From the IMG/VR virus record IMGVR_UViG_3300023108_000002: a stretch of DNA of 64,000 nt. One strand, given 5' to 3'. This DNA comes from a virus (lineage: Duplodnaviria > Caudoviricetes). Below the pieces are notes generated by a model. That model was not told the origin of the DNA, did no database searches, and saw nothing but the letters and a program-made list of their open reading frames with translations. The position numbers and the translations under genes are program-made. Of the stretch, positions 28,796 through 37,767 are shown piece after piece (the stretch's first letter is position 1; each line of letters begins with the position of its first letter).

Positions 28796-29956
28796 ATGTG
28801 GAATAAAACGAAAAAAATTGAGTTTCTTACGAAACTCATGGCAGAAAGTGGTTCTGTTGTTTCCAAACAAGAAATCAAGTCGGCGGCTTCCGCTTTTGGT
28901 GAAGCAAGTCCACAATGGATGTGGAAACCAGAATTTCGAGCCGGACATGGTAAATATGATATTTCAAAATATGCAATGAAACTCACTGGTAATGTAGTCC
29001 AGATGAAACCAGTTGCACAAACAGTGACTGCTGTTCCTACTACAGTAGTTTTGCCTGAACGTCATATCGATTCTCTCGTTCCAGAGAAAGATCCTAACTT
29101 TGTGAAATTTGGATTTTACAATGATTTGAAAACTATCCTTCAATCAAAAATGTTTTATCCTGTTTTCATTACTGGTTTGTCTGGTAACGGTAAAACTTAT
29201 GGAACACAACAACTTTGTGCCCAACTAAATCGTGAATGTATCACGGTTCCTATTACAATCGAAACTGATGAATCTGACCTTCTTGGCGACAAAACTCTTG
29301 TTGATGGTAATGTTCTGTTTTCTCAGGGCCCTGTAATTGACGCAATGGAACGTGGCGCAGTTCTTATTCTTGATGAAGTTGACCTTGCATCAAATAAAAT
29401 TATGTGTTTGCAATCCATTATTGATGGTAAAGGTGTTTACCTCAAAAAAGATAATCGGTTTGTAAAACCAGCTCCCGGCTTTACTGTGATTGCTACAGCA
29501 AACACAAAAGGTAAAGGTTCTGATGATGGACGTTTCATTGGTACTAATGTAATGAACGAGGCGTTTCTTGAGCGTTTCAAAATTACATTTGAACAAGAAT
29601 ATCCCAATCAATCAGTTGAGAAAAAAATTCTCAGCAACCATCTGCAATCTTGCAAAGGTTCTGTTACTGATGAAGATGTGTCGGTGATTGAAAATCTTAC
29701 GGTTTGGGCATCTGCCATTCGTAAAACCTTTGAAGAGGGTGGGATTGATGAAATCATTTCGACTCGGCGTTTGGTTCACATTGTAGAAACATTCTCTATC
29801 TTTGGAAATGTTTTGAAGGCTGTTGAACTTTGTACAAATCGTTTTGATGATGATACGAAAGCATCATTTGTAGATCTATTTTCCAAAATTTATGGCGGAG
29901 AAGAAATCAATGAAACTGAAACTGAAGAAACATATGAAGAGGAAGTACCCTTTTGA
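28796..29956 (+). CDS. cobS: MoxR/CobS-like AAA+ ATPase
   Basis: Walker A GLSGNGKT, Walker B ILDEVD, ATANTKGKGSDDGRFIGTNVMNEAFLERF, ISTRRL. Confidence 0.88.
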   Translation: MWNKTKKIEFLTKLMAESGSVVSKQEIKSAASAFGEASPQWMWKPEFRAGHGKYDISKYAMKLTGNVVQMKPVAQTVTAVPTTVVLPERHIDSLVPEKDPNFVKFGFYNDLKTILQSKMFYPVFITGLSGNGKTYGTQQLCAQLNRECITVPITIETDESDLLGDKTLVDGNVLFSQGPVIDAMERGAVLILDEVDLASNKIMCLQSIIDGKGVYLKKDNRFVKPAPGFTVIATANTKGKGSDDGRFIGTNVMNEAFLERFKITFEQEYPNQSVEKKILSNHLQSCKGSVTDEDVSVIENLTVWASAIRKTFEEGGIDEIISTRRLVHIVETFSIFGNVLKAVELCTNRFDDDTKASFVDLFSKIYGGEEINETETEETYEEEVPF

Positions 29957-30258
29957 TAGACTATAAATTCAATGAAGATGTATTGCTCGAAGAAGTTCGA
30001 GCATACATTGATAAGACCTACGAAGGTCATTATTCTAAAAACACATACCAATCAACTGAAGTAATCATGGGCAGAGGACATGGTGAAGGTTTTTGTATGG
30101 GCAATATAGACAAATACTCTAATCGATATGGTAAAAAAGGTTCCACAGAAGATTGGAGAAAAGACTTGCTTAAAATCATTCATTATGGTATACTGGCTTT
30201 ATATAATCATGATATGACTTATGGAGAAAATGATGAGCATCAATCTGAAACATTCTGA
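29953..30258 (+). CDS. DUF3310-like conserved phage protein
   Basis: YI..TY..HY, FCMGNIDKY..RYGKK, DLLKIIHY. Confidence 0.65.
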   Translation: MIDYKFNEDVLLEEVRAYIDKTYEGHYSKNTYQSTEVIMGRGHGEGFCMGNIDKYSNRYGKKGSTEDWRKDLLKIIHYGILALYNHDMTYGENDEHQSETF

Positions 30259-30394
30259 TAACTTGGATCGAGACTATAAAAAACTCAGCAAGGGCAGAAA
30301 AGAATATGTCAAAAAAATGGCATCAAAACAAAAACAAACTATTTCTAATTACTTGAATTCTAAATATGGAGAAATTGAAAATGAAATTGAGTGA
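30230..30394 (+). CDS. small basic hypothetical protein (54 aa; missing from the ORF track)
   Basis: GGAG RBS then MMSINLKHSDNLDRDYKKLSKGRKEYVKKMASK...EIE*. It fills the gap and overlaps both neighbours. Confidence 0.55.
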   Translation: MMSINLKHSDNLDRDYKKLSKGRKEYVKKMASKQKQTISNYLNSKYGEIENEIE

Positions 30395-31079
30395 GCAAAC
30401 GCAAAATATATTGAAGAATTATTCGACTATTAATCAGTCAATTTACTTGAAAAAAGGAAGTCGATTATCCACTATTTCTGTTATGAGAAACATTTTATCA
30501 GCAACTGATGTAAGTGAAGAATTTCCAGTAGATTTTTGCATTTATGATTTGGGAAAATTTCTAAATCTTTTGAAGATTTATCCAGAACTAGATTTTCATG
30601 ATAAGTTTGTCATGATGAGCAATGGAGCAAAGACATATAAATTTATGGCTGCCGAACCATCTATTATTGTCTATGTTGAGAATACCTTTGAATTAGAAGG
30701 AAGCGACAACAATCCAGAAGGATCGAAACCTTCGCCGGATTGGGATATTAATGTAAAGCTTCCAAATTCTACACTACATACTATCAATCAAGTGGCATCC
30801 ATTTCTGGACTTCCTGATTATTCATTGTCAACAAAAGACGATGGAGTTGTTTATTTTTGTGCATTGGATAAAAAAGATGATACATCCAATGTTGCTGAAG
30901 AACCAGTTGGTGAATCAAATGCAACATTTAATATGTACTTCCGTTCAGAAAACCTAAAGCTAATCGAAGGTGATTATGATGTAGGGATTTCTAAAAATAA
31001 AATCTCAACTTTCCGACACCAGAAATTGCCAATTCAATATTGGATTACACTTGAACAAGATTCGACTTATGGGGAGTAA
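30381..31079 (+). CDS. gp45: sliding clamp gp45
   Basis: MKLSEQT..ILKNYSTINQSI, EEFP..F.IYDL..FL, ENLKLI.GDY.V.IS, Y.I.LE.DS. Confidence 0.95.
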   Translation: MKLSEQTQNILKNYSTINQSIYLKKGSRLSTISVMRNILSATDVSEEFPVDFCIYDLGKFLNLLKIYPELDFHDKFVMMSNGAKTYKFMAAEPSIIVYVENTFELEGSDNNPEGSKPSPDWDINVKLPNSTLHTINQVASISGLPDYSLSTKDDGVVYFCALDKKDDTSNVAEEPVGESNATFNMYFRSENLKLIEGDYDVGISKNKISTFRHQKLPIQYWITLEQDSTYGE

Positions 31080-31081
31080 GT

Positions 31082-32032
31082 ATGGACAATTTTTTATGGG
31101 TAGAAAAATATCGTCCATCCGATATCGATAATTGTATTCTAACTGATGAACTAAAATCAACATTCAAAGAGTTTGTTGATACAGGAAGTTTACCCAATCT
31201 CCTATTGTCTGGCGGGCCAGGTGTTGGTAAAACAACTCTGGCTCGTGCCTTGTGCAATGAAATGAAAATGGACTATATCTTAATCAACGGTTCCGAAGAT
31301 AGTGGTATTGATGTTCTAAGAAATAAGATTCGAAACTATGCATCAACTGTAAGTTTTGATACTGGAAATAGTAAAGAATTTGGAAAGGTTATCATTTTAG
31401 ACGAAGCGGATTATCTAAATCCACAATCAACTCAGCCCGCTCTGCGTGGATTCATTGAAGAGTTTTCTGGTAATTGTAGATTTATTCTTACATGCAATTT
31501 CAAGAATCGTATCATTGAACCACTGCATAGTAGATGTTCTCTTGTAGAATTTAAAATCAAAAAATCCGACAAACCAAAATTGGCAGGAACTTTTTTCAAT
31601 AGAGTAAAAACTATTCTTGATAAAGAAAATATTTCTTATAAAGAAAAGGTGGTTGTGGAACTTGTAATGAAACATTTTCCAGATTGGAGAAGAGTCTTAA
31701 ATGAACTCCAGAGATATTCTGTTGGTGGTGAAATAGATGAAGGCCTTCTAACTGATGTGGGAGAGGTAAATATAAACAAACTCACATCGGCGATGAAGGA
31801 TAAGAATTTCACAGAGATTAGAGGATGGACAACTCAGAACTTGGATAATGATCCAAATACTTTATATAGAAAAATCTATGATGGACTGTATGAACACGCA
31901 GAACCATCTTCAATTCCTCAAGCAGTTGTGACTATTGCAGACTATTCATACAAGTCTGCATTTGTTGCCGATCAAGAAATAAATCTTGTGGCGTGTTTGA
32001 CAGAGTTGATGATGGAGTGTGATTGGAAATGA
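31082..32032 (+). CDS. gp44: clamp loader large subunit gp44
   Basis: LWVEKYRP, GGPGVGKTT, IILDEAD, CRFILTCN, SRC, FPDWRR. Confidence 0.97.
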   Translation: MDNFLWVEKYRPSDIDNCILTDELKSTFKEFVDTGSLPNLLLSGGPGVGKTTLARALCNEMKMDYILINGSEDSGIDVLRNKIRNYASTVSFDTGNSKEFGKVIILDEADYLNPQSTQPALRGFIEEFSGNCRFILTCNFKNRIIEPLHSRCSLVEFKIKKSDKPKLAGTFFNRVKTILDKENISYKEKVVVELVMKHFPDWRRVLNELQRYSVGGEIDEGLLTDVGEVNINKLTSAMKDKNFTEIRGWTTQNLDNDPNTLYRKIYDGLYEHAEPSSIPQAVVTIADYSYKSAFVADQEINLVACLTELMMECDWK

Positions 32033-32250
32033 TAAAACCAAATACATCATTCTATTTAAATGTGAGAGACATTGAAATTATTGAACAAGCTCTCAGGGCA
32101 AAAGCAGGCCGAAGAGGCCTTGCTATCGCTCAGGGAGAAACAAGCGATAAACTTAGAGAAGAGATGCATGAAATTCAAGATTTATTAGGAAGAATTCATG
32201 AACAAAAAACATGGTATCGGCCTCAAAAAGATATATATGTGAGTGGATAA
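32029..32250 (+). CDS. hypothetical protein inserted between gp44 and gp62
   Basis: ATGA overlap with the gp44 stop; helical 73-aa product. Confidence 0.55.
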   Translation: MIKPNTSFYLNVRDIEIIEQALRAKAGRRGLAIAQGETSDKLREEMHEIQDLLGRIHEQKTWYRPQKDIYVSG

Positions 32251-32636
32251 TGAGTTACGATTTATTTAAAGATTATGTGCCAGCAATTTCTCATACTAAA
32301 AAGAGATTGATGGATTCTTTGGACGAAGAATGGGAAAAGAAGTATCAATCATTTTTGGTAAATAGAAACTTTTCTAATTATCACGATACTATTATGTATG
32401 CAAATGAAATGAATATGCGTCCTCATATGGACAAAAAAATGCAATTTGATTATTTACTAAATAGTATACGTCCAAGGAAAAGATTTTCGCCTTGGCATAA
32501 AAAGTCTATTCATAATGATTTTAATCATGTAAAAGAATATTATGGATATAATAATAAAAAAACAGAGGAAGCTCTTAATATCCTCTCAAGCGAACAGATT
32601 GATGAAATTAAGAGCAAACTGAATAAAGGCGGATAA
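32250..32636 (+). CDS. gp62: clamp loader small subunit gp62
   Basis: FLVNRNFS, YANEMN, QFDYLLNSIRPRKRFSPW, VKEYYGYN..K. Confidence 0.95.
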   Translation: MSYDLFKDYVPAISHTKKRLMDSLDEEWEKKYQSFLVNRNFSNYHDTIMYANEMNMRPHMDKKMQFDYLLNSIRPRKRFSPWHKKSIHNDFNHVKEYYGYNNKKTEEALNILSSEQIDEIKSKLNKGG

Positions 32637-32638
32637 TT

Positions 32639-33028
32639 ATGTCGATTTTAGAATCACTAGTAGAAGTCACTCTTAGCGATCAAGAGGACTTCTTAAAAAT
32701 AAGAGAAACACTCACTAGAATTGGTGTTGCATCTAAAAAAGATAAAAAACTTTATCAATCTTGTCACATTCTTCACAAACAGGGTAAATACTACATTGTT
32801 CATTTCAAAGAGCTATTTAAGCTTGATGGAAAATCATCTGATTTTTCAGAAAATGATAGAGCAAGAAGAAATACAATCGTTAACCTTTTAAAAGAATGGG
32901 GATTGATTAATATTATCAAAGAAGATGAACATGTTGATGCACCAATTTCACAGATAAAAATTCTCTCTCATAAAGAAAAAGATGATTGGGAATTAGTACC
33001 TAAATATAATATTGGAAGAAAGAAATAA
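32639..33028 (+). CDS. regA: translational repressor RegA
   Basis: DFLKIRETLTRIGVAS, LYQSCHILHKQGKYYIVHFKELF.LDG. Confidence 0.97.
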   Translation: MSILESLVEVTLSDQEDFLKIRETLTRIGVASKKDKKLYQSCHILHKQGKYYIVHFKELFKLDGKSSDFSENDRARRNTIVNLLKEWGLINIIKEDEHVDAPISQIKILSHKEKDDWELVPKYNIGRKK

Positions 33029-33402
33029 TGACTAACTTCGAAAAAGTGAAAGAATTTATGGAAACATACGGGCAAGAAGTGTTAACTGATGCTCGTTTTC
33101 CAGATGCAAATACTATCGCACTTAGAAATGAGTTGATAGAAGAAGAACTAAATGAACTGAAACAAGCCTCGCTTGAGGATGAAGAATTGGTTGATGTTGC
33201 AGATGCACTAACTGACTTATTATATGTCGTTTATGGAGCTGGACATGCATATGGAATTGATTTAGATAGATGTTTTGAAGAAGTACATCGTTCTAACATG
33301 TCTAAATTAGGCGAAGATGGAAAGCCAATTTACAGAGAAGATGGAAAAGTACTCAAGGGCCCAAATTTTTTTGACCCTGATTTGAGAAAAATTGTTTTTT
33401 GA
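33028..33402 (+). CDS. MazG-like nucleoside-triphosphate pyrophosphohydrolase
   Basis: LIEEELNEL...DVADALTDLLYVVYG...EVHRSNMSK..DGKVLKGP. Confidence 0.85.
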   Translation: MTNFEKVKEFMETYGQEVLTDARFPDANTIALRNELIEEELNELKQASLEDEELVDVADALTDLLYVVYGAGHAYGIDLDRCFEEVHRSNMSKLGEDGKPIYREDGKVLKGPNFFDPDLRKIVF

Positions 33403-33421
33403 TTATATATAGTATAGGATC

Positions 33422-33510
33422 GTGGATTCCTTCACGCTTTGCGGTAAAATCCACTTGGTGCTCATTAGAGGCCAATTTCAAAACCTTGCTTAATAGGAGG
33501 AAAAAACATG
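33422..33510 (+). ncRNA. ROSE-like RNA thermometer in the hsp20 5' UTR
   Basis: Two 5' hairpins (GTGGATT/AATCCAC; TTGG..CTC/GAG..CCAA), then CC-TTGCT-TAAT-AGGA-GG pairing the Shine-Dalgarno with a bulged G, 7 nt before the ATG. Confidence 0.7.
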
Positions 33511-33966
33511 GTTACGAAATTTAAAACTTTAGACCCTTTTATGCGTTATAGTGTCGGGTTCGATAGATTGTTTAATGAACTTGAGAATTTGTCTCAAACA
33601 ACAACGCAAAACTATCCCCCATACAATGTAGTAAAAGTAAACGATTCTGATTATCGTATTGAAATTGCTGTATCGGGATTTTCTGAAGATGAACTTGATG
33701 TTGAAGTTAAAGAAGATACTCTTACAGTAACAGGTACAGTAACAGAACGCGAAGAATCTAACTACTTGCATAAGGGAATTTCGTCTAGAAATTTTGCTAG
33801 AACATTCACTCTCAATCCAGACATTGTTGTGAATGATGCGAAACTTTCTAATGGAATGCTTGTAATCGAATTGGAACATGTAATTCCAGAAGAAAAACAG
33901 CCTAGAAAGATTGAGATTAATCGATCAATTGGCAAAAAGGGAAAGAAAACTCTTTTAGTTGAATAA
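33508..33966 (+). CDS. hsp20: small heat-shock protein Hsp20 (IbpA-like)
   Basis: VGFDRLF, NYPPYNV, IEIAVSGF, YLHKGIS.RNF.RTF.L, A.L.NGML.I, PRKIEI. Confidence 0.95.
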   Translation: MVTKFKTLDPFMRYSVGFDRLFNELENLSQTTTQNYPPYNVVKVNDSDYRIEIAVSGFSEDELDVEVKEDTLTVTGTVTEREESNYLHKGISSRNFARTFTLNPDIVVNDAKLSNGMLVIELEHVIPEEKQPRKIEINRSIGKKGKKTLLVE

Positions 33967-33975
33967 TAAATTATC

Positions 33976-33994
33976 GGGGAGCATTTTGCTCCCC
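33976..33994 (+). terminator. GC-rich stem-loop downstream of hsp20 (no U-tract; weak terminator or stability hairpin)
   Basis: GGGGAGCA-TTT-TGCTCCCC perfect 8-bp stem. Confidence 0.5.
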
Positions 33995-34014
33995 AACTAA
34001 CCAAGGATAGAAAA

Positions 34015-34200
34015 ATGGAAACTCATGATCAGCTAACTATTGAATTGGAACAATATAAAATAGAAAACGAGAAGTTTAAAAATGGAAATAAATCTGCCGG
34101 AGTTCGGGCAAGAAAACATTTGAATGAACTTGTAAAACTTTGCAAAACACGCCGAATGGAAATTCAAGATGAAAAGGAATGGATTGTAAAGGGAACATAA
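34015..34200 (+). CDS. histone-H1-like Hc1-family small protein
   Basis: EKFKNGNKSAGVRARKHLNEL.KL.K..R.EI matches the Hc1 N-terminal pattern as I recall it. Confidence 0.7.
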   Translation: METHDQLTIELEQYKIENEKFKNGNKSAGVRARKHLNELVKLCKTRRMEIQDEKEWIVKGT

Positions 34201-34203
34201 ATT

Positions 34204-34548
34204 ATGTCAGATAATGAAAATCAGGTGAATGAAGAACCTATCGAAGAGCCAATTCTATATCGGACTAGTTCAAATGGTAAAGATATTAGATTCAATCCAG
34301 GCCTTCCGCACGATAAACTGATGCAAGAACTTTTAAACAATAGACAAATTGTAGAGGCAAGTCCTCATATTGTTCAGAAAGTTTTGAACATGGAATGGAA
34401 ATGGTTTGAACGCAGAGTAATTAAATGGTTAGGAGATACGGAGTATTCTAGAAAGTTGCAGCAATCTCTGAGAAACCATATTAAAAATGAGAAAAAATGG
34501 GTTGAGCGTGGTGCAAAAGCCGAAGAAGTTCAAAAATATCAAGGATAA
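34204..34548 (+). CDS. hypothetical protein
   Basis: Tightly packed ORF in the operon; no motif recognised. Confidence 0.55.
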   Translation: MSDNENQVNEEPIEEPILYRTSSNGKDIRFNPGLPHDKLMQELLNNRQIVEASPHIVQKVLNMEWKWFERRVIKWLGDTEYSRKLQQSLRNHIKNEKKWVERGAKAEEVQKYQG

Positions 34549-34563
34549 CATAGGAGTGATATA

Positions 34564-34842
34564 ATGAAATTAGATTATACAAGCAGTTTAAAATTACGAG
34601 CATTAATTCGTAAATATGAATTTGAAAGAGATGCAGCAATTGCAAATCTTCAAGTATATTTCGAAAATGGTGCTGGTGTAGGGGATCATGGAGATACTAT
34701 TGGATCTATGGATGATTTAGTTACGCAGTTGAATGAAGCGGAAACTAAACTAAAAACTATTATTGCTTATTTTGCAAATGTTCCACAATCACAACCAGTA
34801 CCAGTTTCTACAGAAGAAGCACCATCAACAGATGGCAATTAA
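34564..34842 (+). CDS. hypothetical protein (conserved-looking, GVGDHG motif)
   Basis: GGAG RBS; AIANLQVYFENGAGVGDHGD. Confidence 0.6.
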   Translation: MKLDYTSSLKLRALIRKYEFERDAAIANLQVYFENGAGVGDHGDTIGSMDDLVTQLNEAETKLKTIIAYFANVPQSQPVPVSTEEAPSTDGN

Positions 34843-35179
34843 GGTAGTCAGACTTCTATCTGGCGAAGAATTGATGGGAGATATTGAAGATAAAGGCGAA
34901 GGTAAGTATTTCTTAAAAAATGCTTGTCAAATTGTCACTTCATATGCAGATACAACAACAGCAACAGCAAGAGTTGGTCTGTCTCCCTTCATGCCTTATA
35001 CAAAATCGTCTGATGGAATAGAATTAGAAAAAGCATATATTGGATTTATTGTTGATCCTGTAAATGAACTAACTACGGAATATAATAAAGTATTTGGTAG
35101 TGGTTTAGTTCTTCCCCCAAGCAAACCAACACTTACTACATCTCCGCCCCGCGGCAATCATGGTTTTGTAAAAATATAA
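34832..35179 (+). CDS. Sm-like-fold T4-type protein
   Basis: MAIKVVRLLSGEELMG...PFMPY; ATG at 34832 overlaps the previous stop. Confidence 0.65.
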   Translation: MAIKVVRLLSGEELMGDIEDKGEGKYFLKNACQIVTSYADTTTATARVGLSPFMPYTKSSDGIELEKAYIGFIVDPVNELTTEYNKVFGSGLVLPPSKPTLTTSPPRGNHGFVKI

Positions 35180-35184
35180 AAACC

Positions 35185-35213
35185 TTGACAATTTGAATTT
35201 TATAGTATATATT
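35185..35213 (+). promoter_or_regulatory. sigma70-type promoter for gp43
   Basis: TTGACA-N17-TATATT. Confidence 0.8.
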
Positions 35214-35223
35214 ATGAGGTATT

Positions 35224-37755
35224 ATGCGTTTTTATACTAATGTACAAAATATTGGAAACAAAATTCTTGTTAGAGAATATAACAATGGTGAACGAAAAAA
35301 ATTAAGGTTAGATTATAAACCATCTTTATTTTTTGAAACAAAAGACAGAACATCAAAATATAAATCTCTTGATGGAAAAAATCTAAAAAAAGTAACATTT
35401 TCGGCCATTAACGAAGCAAGAAGTAAGATGCGAGAAGTCGAAGGACTGTCTCCTATTTACGGAATGACGCCTTTTATCTATCCATTTATATCTGATACTT
35501 ATAATGATATGGAATTTGATATTGATAAAATCAATATCGCAACACTTGATATTGAGGTTGAATGTGAACAGGGATTTCCAGAACCAGCAGCTGCGGCTGA
35601 ACGAGTGAATGCTATTACTTTAAAATATAATGGACTTTATACAGTTCTTGGTCTTGGAGATTGGGAACATAAAACTCCAGAAGTCGAACATCTGAATATC
35701 AAATATTACAAATGTACAAGTGAAATGGAACTTCTACGTTCATTTCTGAATTTGTGGGAGTCTGCTGATATTGATATTGTAACTGGATGGAATGTAAACT
35801 CTTTCGATATATTATATCTTGTAAATAGAATTACTAAAATCTTGGGCGAAGAACAGATGAAACGTCTGTCACCTTGGCGTTCTGTAAACAAAGTTCAAAA
35901 AAATATTAGAGGACAACTTACAGAACATGTTCAGCTACTTGGATTAAACATTATTGATTATCTTGACTTGTATAGAAAATTTACATATGTCACCAGAGAA
36001 TCTTATCGATTAGACCATATTGCATTTGTTGAACTTGGCCAAAGAAAACTTGACCACTCTGAATTTTCATCGATGCATCTATTTTATAAGATGGACTATC
36101 AGAAATATATAGATTATAACATCATTGATGTTGAACTTGTCGATAGACTTGAAGATAAACTAAAATTGTTGGAACTTCTCATTACTATTGCATATCAGGC
36201 AAAGGTTAATTATGATGAAGTTTTTTCTCCAATCAAAACATGGGACTCGATTGCGTTTAATCTTCTAAGACGAAACAAGATAGTAATTCCACCAAAAACA
36301 ATAAGTCAAAAGACTGAGGCCTATGCCGGTGCATATGTAAAAGATCCAATTGTTGGAATGCATGATTGGGTCATGTCTTTTGATTTGAATAGTTTGTATC
36401 CACATCTTATCATGCAATATAATATCTCACCAGAAACATTAGTTGAAACAGATCGTGTTGATACAAATGTAAATACTTTGTTAGAGAAAGGAACGGACAC
36501 AGAAGCATGTCAACAATATGGATATTCTCTCACACCAAATGGCGTTCTTTATGATAATTCAAAAAAAGGATTTCTTCCAAAATTGATGCAAGGTATGTAT
36601 GATGACCGTGTACAATATAAGAAAGAAATGTTAAAATGTAAACAGAGAAAGATTGACGGCGACGGCGATCCAGTGGAATTAGATAAGAAAATCGCCGCAC
36701 TAAACAACAAACAAATGGCAGCAAAAATTCTTCTCAATTCAGCTTATGGTGCGTTAGGAAATCAATATTTTAGATATTTTGATATTAGACAGGCTGAGTC
36801 GATTACTTTATCTGGTCAACTAAGTATTCGTTGGATTGAGAAAAAAGTAAACGAATACATGAACAAGGTATTAGGAAATGAAGAACAGAAAGAATATGTC
36901 ATTGCAAGCGATACAGATTCGATATATGTTGTTTTTGGTGACTTGGTACAAAGAGTGTTTGGAAAAGGAGATTCGATATCGGAGAGTGATGGTGGTATAC
37001 AAACCGAGCGAGTGGTATCATTTCTTGATAGAGTTGCTCAGGAGAAATTGGAACCTTTTATTGATAAGGCTTATAAAGAACTTGCTGAATATATGAATGC
37101 ATATGACCAAAAGATGGTAATGGCTAGAGAGGTGATTGCATCAAAGGGTTTGTGGACTGCGAAGAAGAGATATATCTTAAATGTTCATGATAACGAAGGA
37201 GTCAGATATAAAACCCCAGAACTAAAAATTATGGGTATTGAGGCTGTTCGTTCTTCAACTCCGGCTGCGTGTAGAGATAAACTAAGAGAATCCTTTAAAG
37301 TTATAATGAAGGGTGATAATGATGAGTTGATTGAGTTTATTGATAAATTTAGAGAAGAATTTAAAACAATGGATGTACCAGACATTTCTTTTCCAAGAAG
37401 TGTTAATGGCCTAAAGAAATACTTTGATTCGAAAGATTTATATACAAAAGGCACACCAATTCATGTGAAAGGTGTGATTCATTATAATAATTTGGTGCAA
37501 AAACACAAACTTGGAATGTCTTATCCTTTAATTAAGGAAGGCGAAAAGATTAAGTTTGTATATTTGAAAGAGCCAAATCCGATAGGAAACAATACAATTG
37601 CAATTCAAGATTCTTTACCAGAAGAATTTGACTTGCATCGATATATTGACTACAACAAACAATTTGAAAAGGCGTTTCTTGACCCTATTCAAACTATCAC
37701 AGACACAATTGGTTGGAAAACTGAAAAAATATTTACAATTGATGACTTTTTTTAA
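35224..37755 (+). CDS. gp43: family B DNA polymerase gp43
   Basis: Exo DIE, GWNV..FD..Y; pol SFDLNSLYP, KILLNSAYGALG, SDTDS, KKRY; unsplit, no intein. Confidence 0.98.
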   Translation: MRFYTNVQNIGNKILVREYNNGERKKLRLDYKPSLFFETKDRTSKYKSLDGKNLKKVTFSAINEARSKMREVEGLSPIYGMTPFIYPFISDTYNDMEFDIDKINIATLDIEVECEQGFPEPAAAAERVNAITLKYNGLYTVLGLGDWEHKTPEVEHLNIKYYKCTSEMELLRSFLNLWESADIDIVTGWNVNSFDILYLVNRITKILGEEQMKRLSPWRSVNKVQKNIRGQLTEHVQLLGLNIIDYLDLYRKFTYVTRESYRLDHIAFVELGQRKLDHSEFSSMHLFYKMDYQKYIDYNIIDVELVDRLEDKLKLLELLITIAYQAKVNYDEVFSPIKTWDSIAFNLLRRNKIVIPPKTISQKTEAYAGAYVKDPIVGMHDWVMSFDLNSLYPHLIMQYNISPETLVETDRVDTNVNTLLEKGTDTEACQQYGYSLTPNGVLYDNSKKGFLPKLMQGMYDDRVQYKKEMLKCKQRKIDGDGDPVELDKKIAALNNKQMAAKILLNSAYGALGNQYFRYFDIRQAESITLSGQLSIRWIEKKVNEYMNKVLGNEEQKEYVIASDTDSIYVVFGDLVQRVFGKGDSISESDGGIQTERVVSFLDRVAQEKLEPFIDKAYKELAEYMNAYDQKMVMAREVIASKGLWTAKKRYILNVHDNEGVRYKTPELKIMGIEAVRSSTPAACRDKLRESFKVIMKGDNDELIEFIDKFREEFKTMDVPDISFPRSVNGLKKYFDSKDLYTKGTPIHVKGVIHYNNLVQKHKLGMSYPLIKEGEKIKFVYLKEPNPIGNNTIAIQDSLPEEFDLHRYIDYNKQFEKAFLDPIQTITDTIGWKTEKIFTIDDFF

Positions 37756-37767
37756 TAGGAGAATAAT

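Noticed and set aside
28796-29956. Cobalamin biosynthesis (CobST) as an auxiliary metabolic pathway
   Set aside because: No CobN or other cob genes are present. MoxR-VWA pairs are generic, and the partner has a peptidase domain.
33403-33507. tRNA or CRISPR array in intergenic space
   Set aside because: No cloverleaf, T-loop or CCA, and no regularly spaced repeats anywhere in the window; this structured segment fits a ROSE leader better.
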